A stretch of 63,941 bases of DNA, counting the filler, from Bigelowiella natans CCMP2755 (lineage: Eukaryota > Protista > Cercozoa), in NCBI GenBank assembly GCA_000320545.1. It is 7 parts of 7 records of this genome, joined end to end, with 100 filler letters (N's around TTAATTAATTAA, not from the genome) between each part and the next. Parts side by side here need not be neighbours in the genome. Positions count along the whole stretch, not along the records: positions 32,652 to 49,912 come from ADNK01002884.1; 6 more parts are not named here. One strand, 5' to 3'. Below the pieces are notes generated by a model that was given only the letters and a program-made list of their open reading frames with translations, was not told where the DNA came from and searched no databases. The first letter of the stretch is position 1; each line of letters starts with the position of its first letter. Both the position numbers and the translations under genes were made by a program. Of the stretch, positions 34,480-47,583 are shown one piece after another.

Positions 34480-35471
34480 AAGACGTGAAGAGATTGTTGC
34501 GGTGGTTGTTGTAGCCAACTAAGTAAAACTGTCGTTTGTAGTAGAATGTATGACCTCCTGATCCCGATGAAGCTTTTGCGAGACATCAAAGGAATAGTAA
34601 AAGATCAAAAAGAAAGGAGAGCTACTTCTAACCGCATGTAAAATTTTTAAATGCCAGAAGTACATTTACCTTAGAGACCACACATGTGTTGCAAATACAA
34701 GTATTTACATGCTAGCATGTGGACGCATCTTGCAATTCGTGCGGTCCAGCGAGATGCGTGTGTGCGTTTGTCGTCTAGCAAATCTATAGAAATATGTGTG
34801 TGTAGGCGCCACTAGCTACGACACTTGTCGTGAGAGCGCTCACGCATGCGCGTAGACGCACAATCTAGCTGGACACATCTAGACATGACAGCTAGATCTA
34901 GAGATGCATCGTGCACCAGCACGTAGGCTGCTGCTGCATGCCTAGCTAGCTAGCAGGAGCACACCAGGATGATTATTTTAGCATTCTAACAACATAGCTA
35001 GATAGTCATAAATGGATCATTGAAGTTCGTTTGTCCATGCTTGCATGCAAGCTTGCATCGCATGACAGGCTAGCAGGACTAGATATGAGCGCCGTGGTCG
35101 GCGAACGCAAGCTCAGCTATATAGTCAACGATTGATCTAGTGACGAGCTAGCGAGTGCATAGCAGCTAGACAACTGCATTTCTATTAGACTTGCCCAATA
35201 ATGATCTCATCGTACGTTGCGCGCACCACTACTAGACTAGACCACGCACTGCAGACACGCGGTCTAGCGGTATGTGGAAAGCATAGCGTACAGAGACACG
35301 CAATTAGAATATTAATTACACATGTACTGGTCTCCATAATGGCATGCCTAAATGTGCTAGGCCAGGATGCGTAAGCGCATGCATTGTTACTTTCGGTTCC
35401 AGGGTATATGAATGGAACGAACGGTGAGCTCTGCTAACATCGCGACTACACTGGCAAAATAAGCCAAACCA

Positions 35472-36704
35472 TCACATCACAGAGCATAGACTGACTTGGC
35501 AGACTTGGCACTGATGATCCGAAGCTCCATCGTCCTTCTCTGAATCAGCACCGGCTACTTTCTCGCGTTTCCTTTGGAGAACTGTCTTCTTGCGTAGAAT
35601 TCTTTGTGCCTCGATCTCCATACGGCTGATTGCTCCGCTGCTTCCACCTGTATCATTAACAACGGGTTGAATGCGTTTCCTCTCTCCGAGGGACTCTTTT
35701 TCTTCATGTTTTCTTTCAGTACGAGAAAGACTTTCTTGCTCTGCCTCCCCAGATGACTTATTCTCTATGAATTTAAGGGATCCTTGCTTTGTCTCGTTGT
35801 TCTCTTCTACTCTCTTTCTTTCTCGATCAAACCCCTTACCTTCCTTCATGACCTCCCTTCTGGTAATTTCTTGTGCCGTGGGGGGAGATATCCTATTCTC
35901 TGCTATAAAATGTAAGTCTTCCCCAATTCTACCAGCTTCTTTTGCTGCTTCTGCAGGCTCTTGTGGGGACGATTCCTCATTCTTTAAAGCAGCTTGGAAG
36001 GCCTCTTCTCCAGCGCTGCTCTCCGCATCTTTCTTCGCATGCGTCGAAGGCAATTCCGTATTTTCCACTGAACTTTCTTCTTCCACATTTCCCACCGAAT
36101 CCACGTTGGGTTTGCTCGCGACATCTTCCACATCGGGTGTGCCTACCGTTATTTGAATCTTATATTCTCTATTATTAGCATCCGTTGACTCTGCTGCGTG
36201 CAATACGTCGGGTTTCTTGATATCCTTAATTTGTTTTCCCCCGCGATGTATTCGAGCCCCCCCGCCTTGTTTCTCGAGCTTCTGATCGATAAACCTTGCC
36301 GCAGCCTTCACATTGCCTGAACGTGCAATTTGAATCTGCGTCATTCTTTCTGTTTCCTCCTCTCTACGAATTACTTCGTTCTCTTTTCCTTTTTCAAATT
36401 CAGATCGGTATGCCGCGGCCTCTCTTGTGGCGCTAACTGCTGCTTGCCTCGCATTTGCTGCTGCCTCACAGGCATGATCTTGAGAGCCCTTGAGATTTTT
36501 CTCTAGATCTTCCATCTGCTTCTCCAGTTTTTTATCCAGATCTTCGAGATATTTCCTTTCAACTTCATCAAAGTCTTGCCAATCTAAGTCGTAGCTTATC
36601 AGATGTTGTAGTCGTTCATCAGAGTCTGATTTGCATGTGCCCCCGGCTGTGGAAGGGGTCTTCGTGGAGCTTGAAGGGCGAGAACAATTCGGTAATTCGT
36701 CCAT
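35472..36704 (-). CDS. Charged, largely disordered/coiled-coil protein with C-terminal CaaX (CSVM), intronless
   Basis: ~410-aa E/K-rich ORF ending CQVCQVSLCSVM-stop. Confidence 0.6.
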   Translation of the reverse strand: MDELPNCSRPSSSTKTPSTAGGTCKSDSDERLQHLISYDLDWQDFDEVERKYLEDLDKKLEKQMEDLEKNLKGSQDHACEAAANARQAAVSATREAAAYRSEFEKGKENEVIRREEETERMTQIQIARSGNVKAAARFIDQKLEKQGGGARIHRGGKQIKDIKKPDVLHAAESTDANNREYKIQITVGTPDVEDVASKPNVDSVGNVEEESSVENTELPSTHAKKDAESSAGEEAFQAALKNEESSPQEPAEAAKEAGRIGEDLHFIAENRISPPTAQEITRREVMKEGKGFDRERKRVEENNETKQGSLKFIENKSSGEAEQESLSRTERKHEEKESLGERKRIQPVVNDTGGSSGAISRMEIEAQRILRKKTVLQRKREKVAGADSEKDDGASDHQCQVCQVSLCSVM

Positions 36705-37648
36705 GTTGCGTTGCACGCTGACTTAGGCACCCCTTCAGTAGAAAAATCGCTTGGGTTATAGCGATTTTGGGAAATGAGATTTCACTTTTTCCTCCGGAAG
36801 AGAGTAGCAGATCTCAACGCTTCTAAGCTTCCAAGTGTTACAGCTGACAAAGAAATATGCAATCCCCAAGTCAAAACTAAATTTAGAGAGCTTTTAGAAA
36901 GGTCTCCTGTGTCCCCAAAATCCGATGCAAGAGAGAGGGAAAGTTGCGCTCTCAACACACATTGTATTCTCCTCACCTTTTTTTGCCAAACCAGCGGCTT
37001 CAGTGGGTCGCTTACCACTGGCAATCTTACGACGCAAGGGGAAGGAGCAATTCAGTTTAGATCCTTCCTGTGCGGGGAGGGAGAGGTTGCGTCATAGCAG
37101 GACAGTTTGACCGTCTAGACTCTCACTGATCAGTGTGCATGTTCTCCAATCGGCTTGGGGGTGGGGATAGTCTCGGCGAGATCGGAAGAAAGAGCAGCTG
37201 ATCTGGCGCTTTTTCTTCTTTCTACTACTAGAGAAACGCTAGGTTTTTCTGCCTTATTTCGTTGTCGCAGAAGACAAATCCGCGAACCTCTTCCATCGGG
37301 TTAACGGTTGGTGGTGACATGCCCCGTTCTTGACGCTCCGGTATGCCTCGCTTTTATTTTTACCTCGCGACATCCAGATTTCGTCAGGGTGGGTCAGCGC
37401 GAGATAGACCGTGCTCGGAACTGTCCCGCCCGGTTCCCGGAACGTTCAGAAGGGCGCAATTTTCGGATTTTGATGTCGTATCTGCAAATATCGGTGAAAA
37501 CCGCCCGGATCTTTGAGTCCTGTATTTTCCGCGTGCGGCTCGGAGAGGCAGAAAGGTTGGGAGGATTAGTTGTTCCTGCGCGCACAGCTCCCAGCTCACA
37601 TCCCGAAAGACCTAGTACCAGTAACAAGACAAACAAACGTTTTCAAGA

Positions 37649-40600
37649 ATGAGCAATCAGGAGTGGACAATAAACCAATCGAAGAGTGCGAAGAAACAGC
37701 TGAAGGCGCAAGCTGAGCAGCAATCGCTCGCTTCGGAGTTGTATTGTTTGGGGAGTCATGTCAATGGGGATGTCACCGGAGAAGAGAAAAAGGCTGAGGG
37801 GACGACCGCAGCTTCTTTCTCCAAGGTTTTCCTGCCTCGTCGGTGGCTCGAAAAACCGAAGAAAGTTTCTCTTCTCTCTACAACACCGTTCCAACCTAAT
37901 AAATCCACGGTGAAGCAGCAGCAGCAGCAGCAGCAGAAAATGCCCTCAAAGGACTGCAAGACGATAGTAAAAGCAAACCCATCAGCTTCCATCGTCGTTC
38001 CTGCGTGGGGGAAAAAAAATGTGAAGGAGGAGGAGAGCGCAAAGAAGCAAGAAGACATACATGGGAAAAATCCATGGCTAGTTTCGATGCCCAAAAAGGA
38101 GGTGGGTGGATGTTGTTATACCTTGTTTATTCTGTGTTGTTGATGATATTCTATTTGTTATCGCATTTTATTATTGCATGGAGATAATGAATTTCCACAT
38201 AGAAACATCTTCGCTACCTCACGAACTAACCAAAAAACCGATCCACAATAAATATTAGGTTAAAAAATCGTTGGAGGCGAAGCTCATTTCTTCAAACAAG
38301 GTGATAAGTTCGAAGCTTGGGGTCGACGTCAGAGCGCAACCCGCAAAAGAAATAGTAAAGGCTGATGATGACTGGTGTGTTGCTAAGCCACGTCGTGCTC
38401 ACACCCGGGCTCGACGTCATAAAAACAAAAGCAAAAGCAGCAAGCATCATAAGCAGTATAATCATCACCACCAGCAGCAGCAGCAGCCACAGCATGATAC
38501 TTCTTATCATTGCCTCCAAGAGGGAAGCAACAACTCCTTCCATATTCTCCAAAAGCAAAAGAACAAAACAGCATCGTCTTCTGAAGAGGCGAAGATGTCC
38601 TCGAAGAAAAAGTTAGCACCAGCTGATGTTACCCGCAGCATGAAGAGGCATATGCGTCGAGCAAAGGCTAGAATGCGAAAGCGAGCCCAGCAGCAGCAGA
38701 AGGAGGCAGAGGACAAAAAGCTGCAGGCGAATGATGAGAAAACCTGTAATGATGAAGTACCACCTCTTTCGTCGAAGGCATTGCTTTCAAGCTCTGCGCC
38801 TTCCAAAATGCCTGATGGAAAAGAGGAGAAGAAAATCGCTCACGTAAACGATATTAGCATCAACGGCAGTTCGAAGAAGATGAGTCGTAGCAGGCAACGA
38901 CACCTTCGCCGAAAACGTGCCGCGATGAAGAAGCAGCAGCAGAAACTTCTTATAGAAGTGGAAAAGCATTCGGCTCTCATGGCAGTGCACACGGAAACAT
39001 CGGCGAAGGAAACGGCTGCAAAACAGCTATCAGAGACTTTCGTTACAAAATCTGCTATCTCACGAAGTTCTCGGCTCGATAATATGCCGTACCCCGTGCT
39101 GGTGGGAGCCCTTCTCAACTTCTTAGAACCGGAGGACCTGGCGCGGCTAGGGGCAACTTCAAAGACTATGCTGAGGGTGTGCGAGGACGGGGCGCTGTGG
39201 AAGGCACTCTTCTCGCTTCGATACACCCCGAAAGACCTCTCCAAGGTTTCGATGGGCGCGTGGAAGAAACTGTACTTGCTGCACATCAACAAGGCAATCG
39301 ACCGGATGCGGTGCTTCGCGACAAAGCAACACCTCTTCGAGGATGTCCTCGGGATCCCGCTTGTCGTTTCCGTAAACCCCCTCAAGAAGAAGATTGACTA
39401 CATCCACTCGAACATGCAGTTCCTTTCCTTCAAGGGCTACAAGTGCGATAAGATCCGCAGGGATGCGTTCGGAGAGAAGTTCTCGCATTGGCTTCCGATG
39501 TATTTCACGGAGGACCACTTCTCCCGCGCCCTCCCCCACATCAAGCGCTCGATCGTCTCCCTCTGCCCGCACGCCAAGAGCAGCACCTTCTCCCCTCTCA
39601 TGGTCCTTGACGTCCTGCCGAAGCTGATGACGACGTTCATCGTGCTTTTGAGCGACCGCGGCGTTTCTGCCTGTGAGAAGGCCCTCAACGGCTTCACCGC
39701 CGTGCATCGACTGTTCCTTGCCCTTGCAAACAGGTACCCCGAGCTCAGAAAGGCCGTGGATGCGAAGCTGGAGCGATTCGCTCTGAAGTCCTCAAACCGG
39801 CACAAGTCGCAGGTCGCGTCGCTGGGCGATATCCTACCGCTGCTTACGATTAGCGATAGGTTCAAGTGGCGTGATTTCTGGCGGGTTTATCTCGGTGAGA
39901 GCTTCGACCGCGCCGTGCTCTGGATCGGGAAGGAAGATCCCTCCATCTTGAAGCTGCCGAAAGCCGAGGAGCTCAAGGACCCTGCGAAGAGGGAGGCCAT
40001 TGACGACGACCTCCTTGAGAAATCGTACAAGGCCTCGAGAGTGCGGAATCGTATGTCGATGTTCATGGCTTACTTCCTGAGGACGTTCTGCTGTGGAACC
40101 ACAGAGGCGCAATGCAATCGTTATGATCGGGTATTTTGCAGGCCAGACATGGCGGAGGCAATATTGGAAGAGGCTAACCAGGCACTTGAGCAGGCTACTA
40201 CAGAAGCCTCCCCCCCTGTGGAGGAGGAGAAGGAGGAGGATGGTGGTAGTACGGGTCCCGTGGAAGAGGCGGAAACTAAGCAGGCAGAAGCAAAGGATGG
40301 TGAGAATGACGCAGCAACAGAGAATGTTGTAAGTGGTTGGGCTGACGAAGCCGTTACAGTAGAAGCTGACAAAAAGCAGCCAAAACCATGTGCCACCAAG
40401 TCACCTCATCCTCCCTCCTCCTCCTCTTCACCAGTACCCACACAATTGCCCTCTGTAGCTTCCATGCAGGCCGAGATTGCTCAAATCCTGAAAGTCCAAA
40501 GTTGGCACGAGTACTTCGAGCGAATCGGCGCTGTTCCCCCCTCCTCAGGGAAGATTGCTGATATTCTCCGGCAGTCTGTTCGCAATTCTCTGAGGAAAGG

Positions 40601-41228
40601 GTATCACACCAAAAATACCAAGTTCCATCTCATCCAGAAGTCCGGCGTATCGAAGATCCTTCTCAAGGGCGAGTCAGTTGCGATTAGAGGCTTGAGGAAG
40701 GGGGGCTTTGATGACCTGGTCTTTACTGATTCGTGGGAGTTTGAAGGGGGTGTGAAATACCTCGATGCGACTTGTTTCATATACGACAAGAAGGGCGAGG
40801 TGCTCGACCATGTTGACTATACAAAACTGCGCGGTTCTGGGCTGCGACATAGCGGGGATATCATGGGTCACCATGTTGGATATCATGAGATTACTGTGAA
40901 TCGATCGCAGCTTCCACCCAGCGCGGACTCGCTCGTCTTCGTTCTCTCGGCCTGGCAAGGGGTAAAGCTGAAGCAGATCAAGAACCCAAGAGTCCGATGC
41001 TGCGAGTCGGATTTAGATAGTGATGGGGATAGGAAGGTTCTCTGCCAATACGACCACACACAGGCTGCTTCTGGTGATAAAACGGCGGTGATCATGTGTC
41101 GGCTCCACAAAGTAGAGGATGGTGATGGGAACACCGGTTGGCATGTGCAGGCGATCGGAGAGATGTGCTTCGGCTACGCTACCCAATACGGTGCTATCAA
41201 ACGCACGATTGCTACGCTGATGCGGTGA
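37649..41228 (+). CDS. F-box + uncharacterised central domain + C-terminal TerD domain protein (2 exons)
   Basis: Intron ~38102-38258; F-box LDNMPYPVLVGALLNFLEPEDLARLGATSK...LWK; TerD-like YLDATCFIYD...LRHSGD...ITVNRSQLP..LVFVLS...TAVIMCRL...WHVQAIG. Confidence 0.8.
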
Positions 41229-42316
41229 ATGAAATGATTTTGGAGGTAGAGTTACATCGAGGGTGAAATGCTTCTTGGCACTTAAATGGTTGAGGAGCTT
41301 TCGTTGACTGTGGGCGGTGGTGATGAATGCTTCTACCTCTAGCATGGATTTGCATGTTGCGGGGGAATGAATGTACCATGTTTTACATGATCAATGAGAA
41401 AGAAATGAAATGAAAAAGACAAGTTCCACATGTGTGACGTGCTCAATGGCGACTACGCTAGTGCGTGCATGAAATCACAGCAGTCTTGTTAGCTTGCTCA
41501 ACAGTCCTCATTTCGGTGCGTAGTTAGATAGCTGTGCAAAGCAGCAGATGTAGATGTGTGTAATGTCCATCTAGCTAGACACATCCATCTACATGGACGC
41601 ACATGCTAGCATGCATCGTGCGCACGCGCGTTGTGTGTCTAGCTAGCTAGGTGTGTGTGTGCCAAGCTAGGAAGCGAGGTATAAGTAGGCATGTGCGAAT
41701 CACATCGTGTAGCTCTGGAGCTAGCTAGCTAGCAAGACACGTCGAGCTGCGTGCATGGCCACATTGGCTGCAGAGCGCACCGGGTCAAAAGCACACACGT
41801 TTCCTAAGACACTGACATGCACATTGTGCATTGCTGTGTCTGTGTGTCATGTTGGCTACAGATGCGCTGCAGCTAGCTAGCTAGTGCTGCAGAACGTTGT
41901 TGTGTGATCTAGTCCAGTGGTGGTGATGTGGTGCATCGTTCACAATGTTCAGAAAAATGAGCATCCTCTAGCCCTGCAGTTTGCCTAGCTGGCTAGCTGT
42001 CGCATTTGACACATGCGACAGCGTGCCTGTGTCAGTTTGGCGGCCTGGCTAGCTGGCAGTGTGCATTGCAAGTTCAAGAACATGACCAGCATGGATGGGT
42101 TTGCACGTCGCACCCCCTAGCTAGCTAGCTCCACTGCTAGCGCGCTCGCCCGCACGTGCTAGCGTGCTGGCACCAGAGCGTGCAAGTGGGTGTTCATTGC
42201 TGGTGCATCCGTCGATTTTGTTCGGTCACCACGCCAGCTGTCATTGGCTCCAGAGCTCACCAGCTGCAGAGCTCAAGAGCTAGCTCAGCTAGCTGCAACA
42301 CAGCATGGACTGGCCT

Positions 42317-42628
42317 TGCAATTGGCCAACAGACGCGCTGCTCGCCAATGCTTGTTGTTGCACGTCAATGCAATCAAAGCTTTTGAAAACAAAACACCAA
42401 AACCCTGATGATGAAAGTGCATTGTGAGCTTGAGCATGCATGCCAAAACAAGCTCCCAAGAGGACATTGCCGCTCGCACGCGGGTCTTTTGACTTTTGCG
42501 CGTGCGTTTCACTTTGCTTCAACTAGCTCAGTTGAACACATCACATCACGCTGTTTTCAGATTGAAAAAACAACACTTTTTTCCCAACGTCATTTCGCTG
42601 ACTTGTGCTGCAAAAGTTTCCTTTTGCA
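42317..42628. repeat. Dispersed repeat with an inverted copy at ~52881-53137; a second segment 43333-43386 matches 52810-52865
   Basis: CCAACAGACGCGCTGCTCGCCAATGCTTGTTGTTGCACG and neighbouring sequence align with the reverse complement of the 53 kb copy. Confidence 0.9.
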
Positions 42629-43029
42629 CAAAATGCCATCTTTGATTCCTTCACATGGTTTCACCAGTTGGACCTCACTGCGTTTCGCACACTGCAAACG
42701 TCTTGTCACGTTTTGGAAATGCAGTTCATCATCATTGTTCATTGTTCATTGTTCATTGCGACGATGAAGTGACCGAGCCAAACGTGCCTGTCTCCACGTG
42801 GTCAGGTGGTTCTGACGCGTGTGGATTTGCACCAATGCTTTCTTCATTGTTCATTGTTGATTGAACAGCATTGTCTTCAAGTTCTTGCTCGTGCAGTTTT
42901 TGCATCAATGCTTCATTGCATTGTTCATTGTTGTTCAAGCGTGGCCCCGTGATCCTTTCAGCCGCTCAGAGTGTTCAACGGAGAAGTGTCGCGCGCAATT
43001 GGTCACGCGCAGCGTTCGAGAAGTGTTGC

Positions 43030-43330
43030 CATGTTGCGCGTGTTCGATGTTCCTGCAGAACTGCCTCGTTCGTTCATTCATCCATTCGTTCAAAGTGTTC
43101 AAAATGGTGTTTCCCTTTGGCCCTCCAATGCACCCTCCCGGCCCCAAGCGGTGCCACCTCTGGCTGGCTGGACCTGAACGAGTCCAGGAGTGTCCCTCTC
43201 CAGCTCTGGCCCCTTGTCTGGCAGCAAGCTAGCCGCACGCTGCCAGGCTTGTGGTCGGTCATGACCACCAAGCGTGTGCTTGCATTTGTGATGCAGTTCA
43301 GTTTCAGCAGCAGTGTGTTGGATGCATGCT
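43030..43330 (-). pseudogene. Degenerate Ty3/Gypsy pol relic (RNase H end and integrase C-terminal-like fragments)
   Basis: KLNCITNASTRLVVMTDHKP resembles KLRYYLLSVPSFTLMTDHKP in the intact pol; RWHRLGPGGCIGGPKGNT...FCRNIEH resembles an integrase C-terminal GP region. Confidence 0.4.
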
Positions 43331-44575
43331 GGGGGGACAAAATGAGTCAGCAAGTTTGGCATTTTGGCCCCGCTTGGGCCAGTGCGAAAGTGGTCAGTGA
43401 GTTTTGGCATTTTGGGAGGTGTCCTTCCAGGACCAGGGCGGGATCTTCTCCGATCCCTCAGACGCGTTCTTGGCGTTTCAGATCTGACAGCCACTCCTCC
43501 ATTGCTAGTTTCAGTCTGTTGTGCCTGATCTACGCCAACTTCAGGATCGCAACCACCTGAATTTTCATCCGAATTGCGTCCCAAAAGAGAAAAAAAAAGT
43601 TGGTGAGAGGATCACAATGAACAATGAACAATGATGACGAACCACATTTCCAAAATGTTGCAAGACATTTGCAGTGTTCGAAATGCAGTGCCTCGAACTG
43701 GCTTCAGTGAGGACTGTGACTAGCAAATCAACTAGCTGGTTTTCACATGCTGCTGGGTTTTCAAGGCTTTTGAAACGAAGATCTTGTCTCCATTGAGGTC
43801 CTTTGCAAGAGATGGGGATCCCCGCTGGTATTAATTTTAAATACGGCACATCATGGCATCTACAAGAATCTAGGATACCTCTTCATTACGGCAAAACAAT
43901 GTATTCAGACTGTAAATTTAACTCTCATGTTAGAATTTTCACTGAAAATCATGCCTTAATATTGAGGGATGACAAAGCAATACAGGATTTATTATTAAAA
44001 AGACCTTTAAAATATAAGATTAAAATTTTATTTGTTTCTTAGAAGTCTGATAGTCAGAAAGAAAAATCCAATGCTCACCAAATTGGAATAGCCGAGAAGG
44101 CTCATCCGAACAGAAGTTGCCTTCAGATACATATTCTCTCTTTATTAAAGGATAGGAAGCCGTATTTTACGAAAATATAATATTTTATGTTGTCGTAGAA
44201 ATAAAATATAATGTAATAGCATCTTCCGTCTTTATGTTTGCGTCATATTGCGCTGTTCCTTCCACGATCCACCAAGTCACGAGTGTTATCCACGTACGGC
44301 AGGGGCGGGAAACACAGGTAGTTAATTAGGGTGCAAACCATGACCTCTTTAGCCACCATGTGGGTTTCCTCTTCCTCTTTCCGTGTCAAGCTCGAAAAGC
44401 TAAAAAAACTAACGAAAAGATGCTTCTGGATGGCTATATCGCCTTCCGGGAGCGGCTTCGGCCCAACTCCGCTGCTCTTTGGCTTCGGCCCGTTCATCTC
44501 ACAATCAAAACAATATTGCACATCCGAGTTGATAGCATAACATTGGAAAGACCCACCACCCCTACGCATACACCG

Positions 44576-44616
<41 letters not shown>

Positions 44617-44703
44617 AGAGGGGGAGAGAGAGAGAGGAAGGGGAGAGGGGCAGGGATGTATGGGACGTAGTCCCTGAGATGAGCAATCTAATGTACGACT
44701 TAT

Positions 44704-45510
44704 ATGTCAACCTCAAGGGTCACTTCGTCGGCTAAGAAGCAAATGCCCGAAGAGGGTATTGTCCAAAACATCGAAGGGGTCCTGTCCGTGCCCATTCCAG
44801 AGGCAACAATCGCCGAAGAAACCAAAGAGGCGAATCCTCCTCTCTGCCAAATCAAGACACCTGCTGAACTAGGGGTAGAAGGAAAGAAGAGCAACAAATC
44901 AGACGCAACTGCTGACGCCGCTTCAATTCTAATTGCGTTGAATATTCCGGGGAAGGGGCCAGCCACCGCAACCGCCACCGCCACCGGGAAACCCAACACA
45001 TTACTCCAACTCTCTATGCGTGGCGATAATATCAGCAAAAACGGAATTAGCAACAATAAGTCAACTGCTGATACGAAGACGGCACTTCCTCCAGCAGCAC
45101 CGCCATCGAGTGAGACGGAAGTAAACCCTGCTTTAACAATAAACGATAAAGCGAATCTGGAAGGCAGCAAACTTGGGAAGGAGAATTCGTCCCTGCTCGG
45201 CATGCCAGACGCAAAAGCTGCATCGGACGAAGCGCCTGGGAGCAATATTGCTACTATGGAGACTGAAACTCCGCAACAAACATCTGTAGCTGGGACAAAA
45301 CGCAAAGAACCATCCCCTGCCACCAACCAGCAGAAGGAGCAGCAGCAGAACGTAATCCAACCAATCCTGCAGCCACAGATGCGGCCGCAATTTCCACCCG
45401 TAAAAGCACAGCTTGGGGGGGGAGATGGGGTCGTTCATAGCCAAGTACATGCTCTTCAGCAGCAGCAACCGCTTCAGCTGGCAAGTATAGTAGCTGGCCA
45501 GCAGCCCCAC

Positions 45511-45545
<35 letters not shown>

Positions 45546-46304
45546 CAGCGGCCACCCAGGCCAACTGCAGCAGCAGCAGAGGCATGGGGTATGGGCAACG
45601 CCAATGAATGTTGTCGGAGTGCCGGCTGGAGCAGGAAACGCGACAATGGCAACGACGATCGCAGCGAATATACGATCTCTCAATCCCTTGACTCCATTTT
45701 TGACCCCCCACCAACTCAAGGCAGCACTAGCCGCTACAGCCGCCTCGTCGTCAAAGAGTTTGGGGGGGGTAGGAGCCTCTGGCCAGCCTTCAAACGCTGC
45801 GACACCGAATGTGGGGGGAGTGGTAGCAATCGGTGGCGGAGGGGCGATTTCTATTCCTACAACGGCAAAGCAGCAGCAGCAACAACAACAACACCAACCA
45901 CAGCCGTTCTCCACTGCCCCCGCTCCCCCGCGGAATAGCAATGGAAGCAACGGTAGTATCCCCCCACAAATCCAGCAGTTCAGTCTGCCCATCGAGGCCA
46001 TTGTCATCAACCCCCCCCTCCCCAAGAGACAGAAGAGGGCGGGCAAGCAAGCGAAGGTGCACAAGTGCGAGCAGTGCGGGAAAACGTTCGGCACGAGCGC
46101 GCTGGTAAACAGACACCGCATGATCCATACGGGGGAGCGGCCATTCCCGTGCACGATTTGCAAGAAGAGATTTCGGCAGCGTGTTCACCTGAAGAAGCAT
46201 CTTCGACTGCACACCGGGGAGAGGCCCTTCACGTGCCAATATTGTAAGGAACAAACAGCAGCTGTGTTGCATGGTGGTGTGGCGTGCATGTGTGGGAAAT
46301 GGGG

Positions 46305-46350
<46 letters not shown>

Positions 46351-47537
46351 TGATAGGAAGGGGGGGGAGAGCGGGGTTGTGGGGTTTGTTAGCCCTCTTC
46401 CACCATGTATGCACCATATCAAAACCCACCCCAATGTGCACACACTTTACGTCCCCCTCACCGCCCCCCCCCCCCCCCCCCCTTCTGTAGCGTTTTCTTT
46501 TTTTTTTTTCAAACACTTTAACGTTGCGTACTTCCAAAATTAGGTAAAAACAGCTTCACGCAGAAGAGCACTTTAACGGGGCACATCCGCACGAAGCACA
46601 CGTTCGAAACGCCCTACCAGTGTCCGACCTGCGTCAAGCGATTCCCCACCCGCAACCACCTTGGGGCGCACAAAGCCAAGTGCACCGGCACCGGCACCGG
46701 CACCGGGGGGGGGGGCAAGGAAAGCAGCAACGCCGCCAGCGAGAATAAGATGAGTGCTGGCGCAGAGCCAACGGAACAAGAAGCTGATGCTGGGGGAGGA
46801 GAAGAAAGTGGAGGGGGGAGAGGGGGGGTAGCTGTAGCGAGTAATGGCGGAGCAGCTTCACCAGCCACCATTGGTAACAGCACCTCTCCCACCACAGGAA
46901 GCGAGGCAAAGGGTGCCAGCAGCAGCAGTGCCGATGATGCCGGTGGTGGCGGCGGTGGCGGTGGGGGAATGGAAGGGACGATAACGACGCTGCAACCACT
47001 GCCAACGATGAAGAAGAAGAGGAGGAAAAGGCCACAGCAGCGACAGTCCGCCGGAGATCAGCAGGTTGGATCCGTACCCATTCAAATAACTTAGCCCCTG
47101 GATGGTGATGAGGATGATGAAGATGATTGATGGGTTCCTTGAGATCCACTTCCTTGATTCGTATTGATATCGTTCGCAACATGCCTCTTGATTCTTAGAC
47201 CGCCGCCGTCGCCCCAGGCGTTCTCCAGCAGCTGCATCATCGGCAGCTGCACGGTGTGGGCGGCCCGTTAGCACCGGGGAATCTGCCAGTACCCGGTGTG
47301 CCCCCTGCTACCGCTTCGATGATGATTCCTGACAGTGCAGCGGGTAGGTGGGAGGGGGGAACCTTAGCGTCGTCGCCATCGTCGTCATCATAGTGATAGA
47401 AGGCCGCTCTTTGATTTGCATGGCATGCTGCCGAGGCAAGTGACAGGCCCATTCATTCGTCTGTCCTTTTTTGCATTCCTCTCGCTTTGCTGCTTGTTGT
47501 GGCTATGGCGGCGAGGGTTGAGTCATCACCCTCTCAT

Positions 47538-47583
<46 letters not shown>

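Noticed and set aside
42156-43584. Multiple overlapping ORFs as real genes
   Set aside because: They are a by-product of missing TAA and most TAG stops in TA-purged repeat DNA; Cys/His-rich, Tyr-poor translations.
41860-43828. Classical RIP or CpG deamination as the cause of TG/CA richness
   Set aside because: RIP would increase TpA and CpG decay would deplete CpG; here TpA is missing and CpG is retained.
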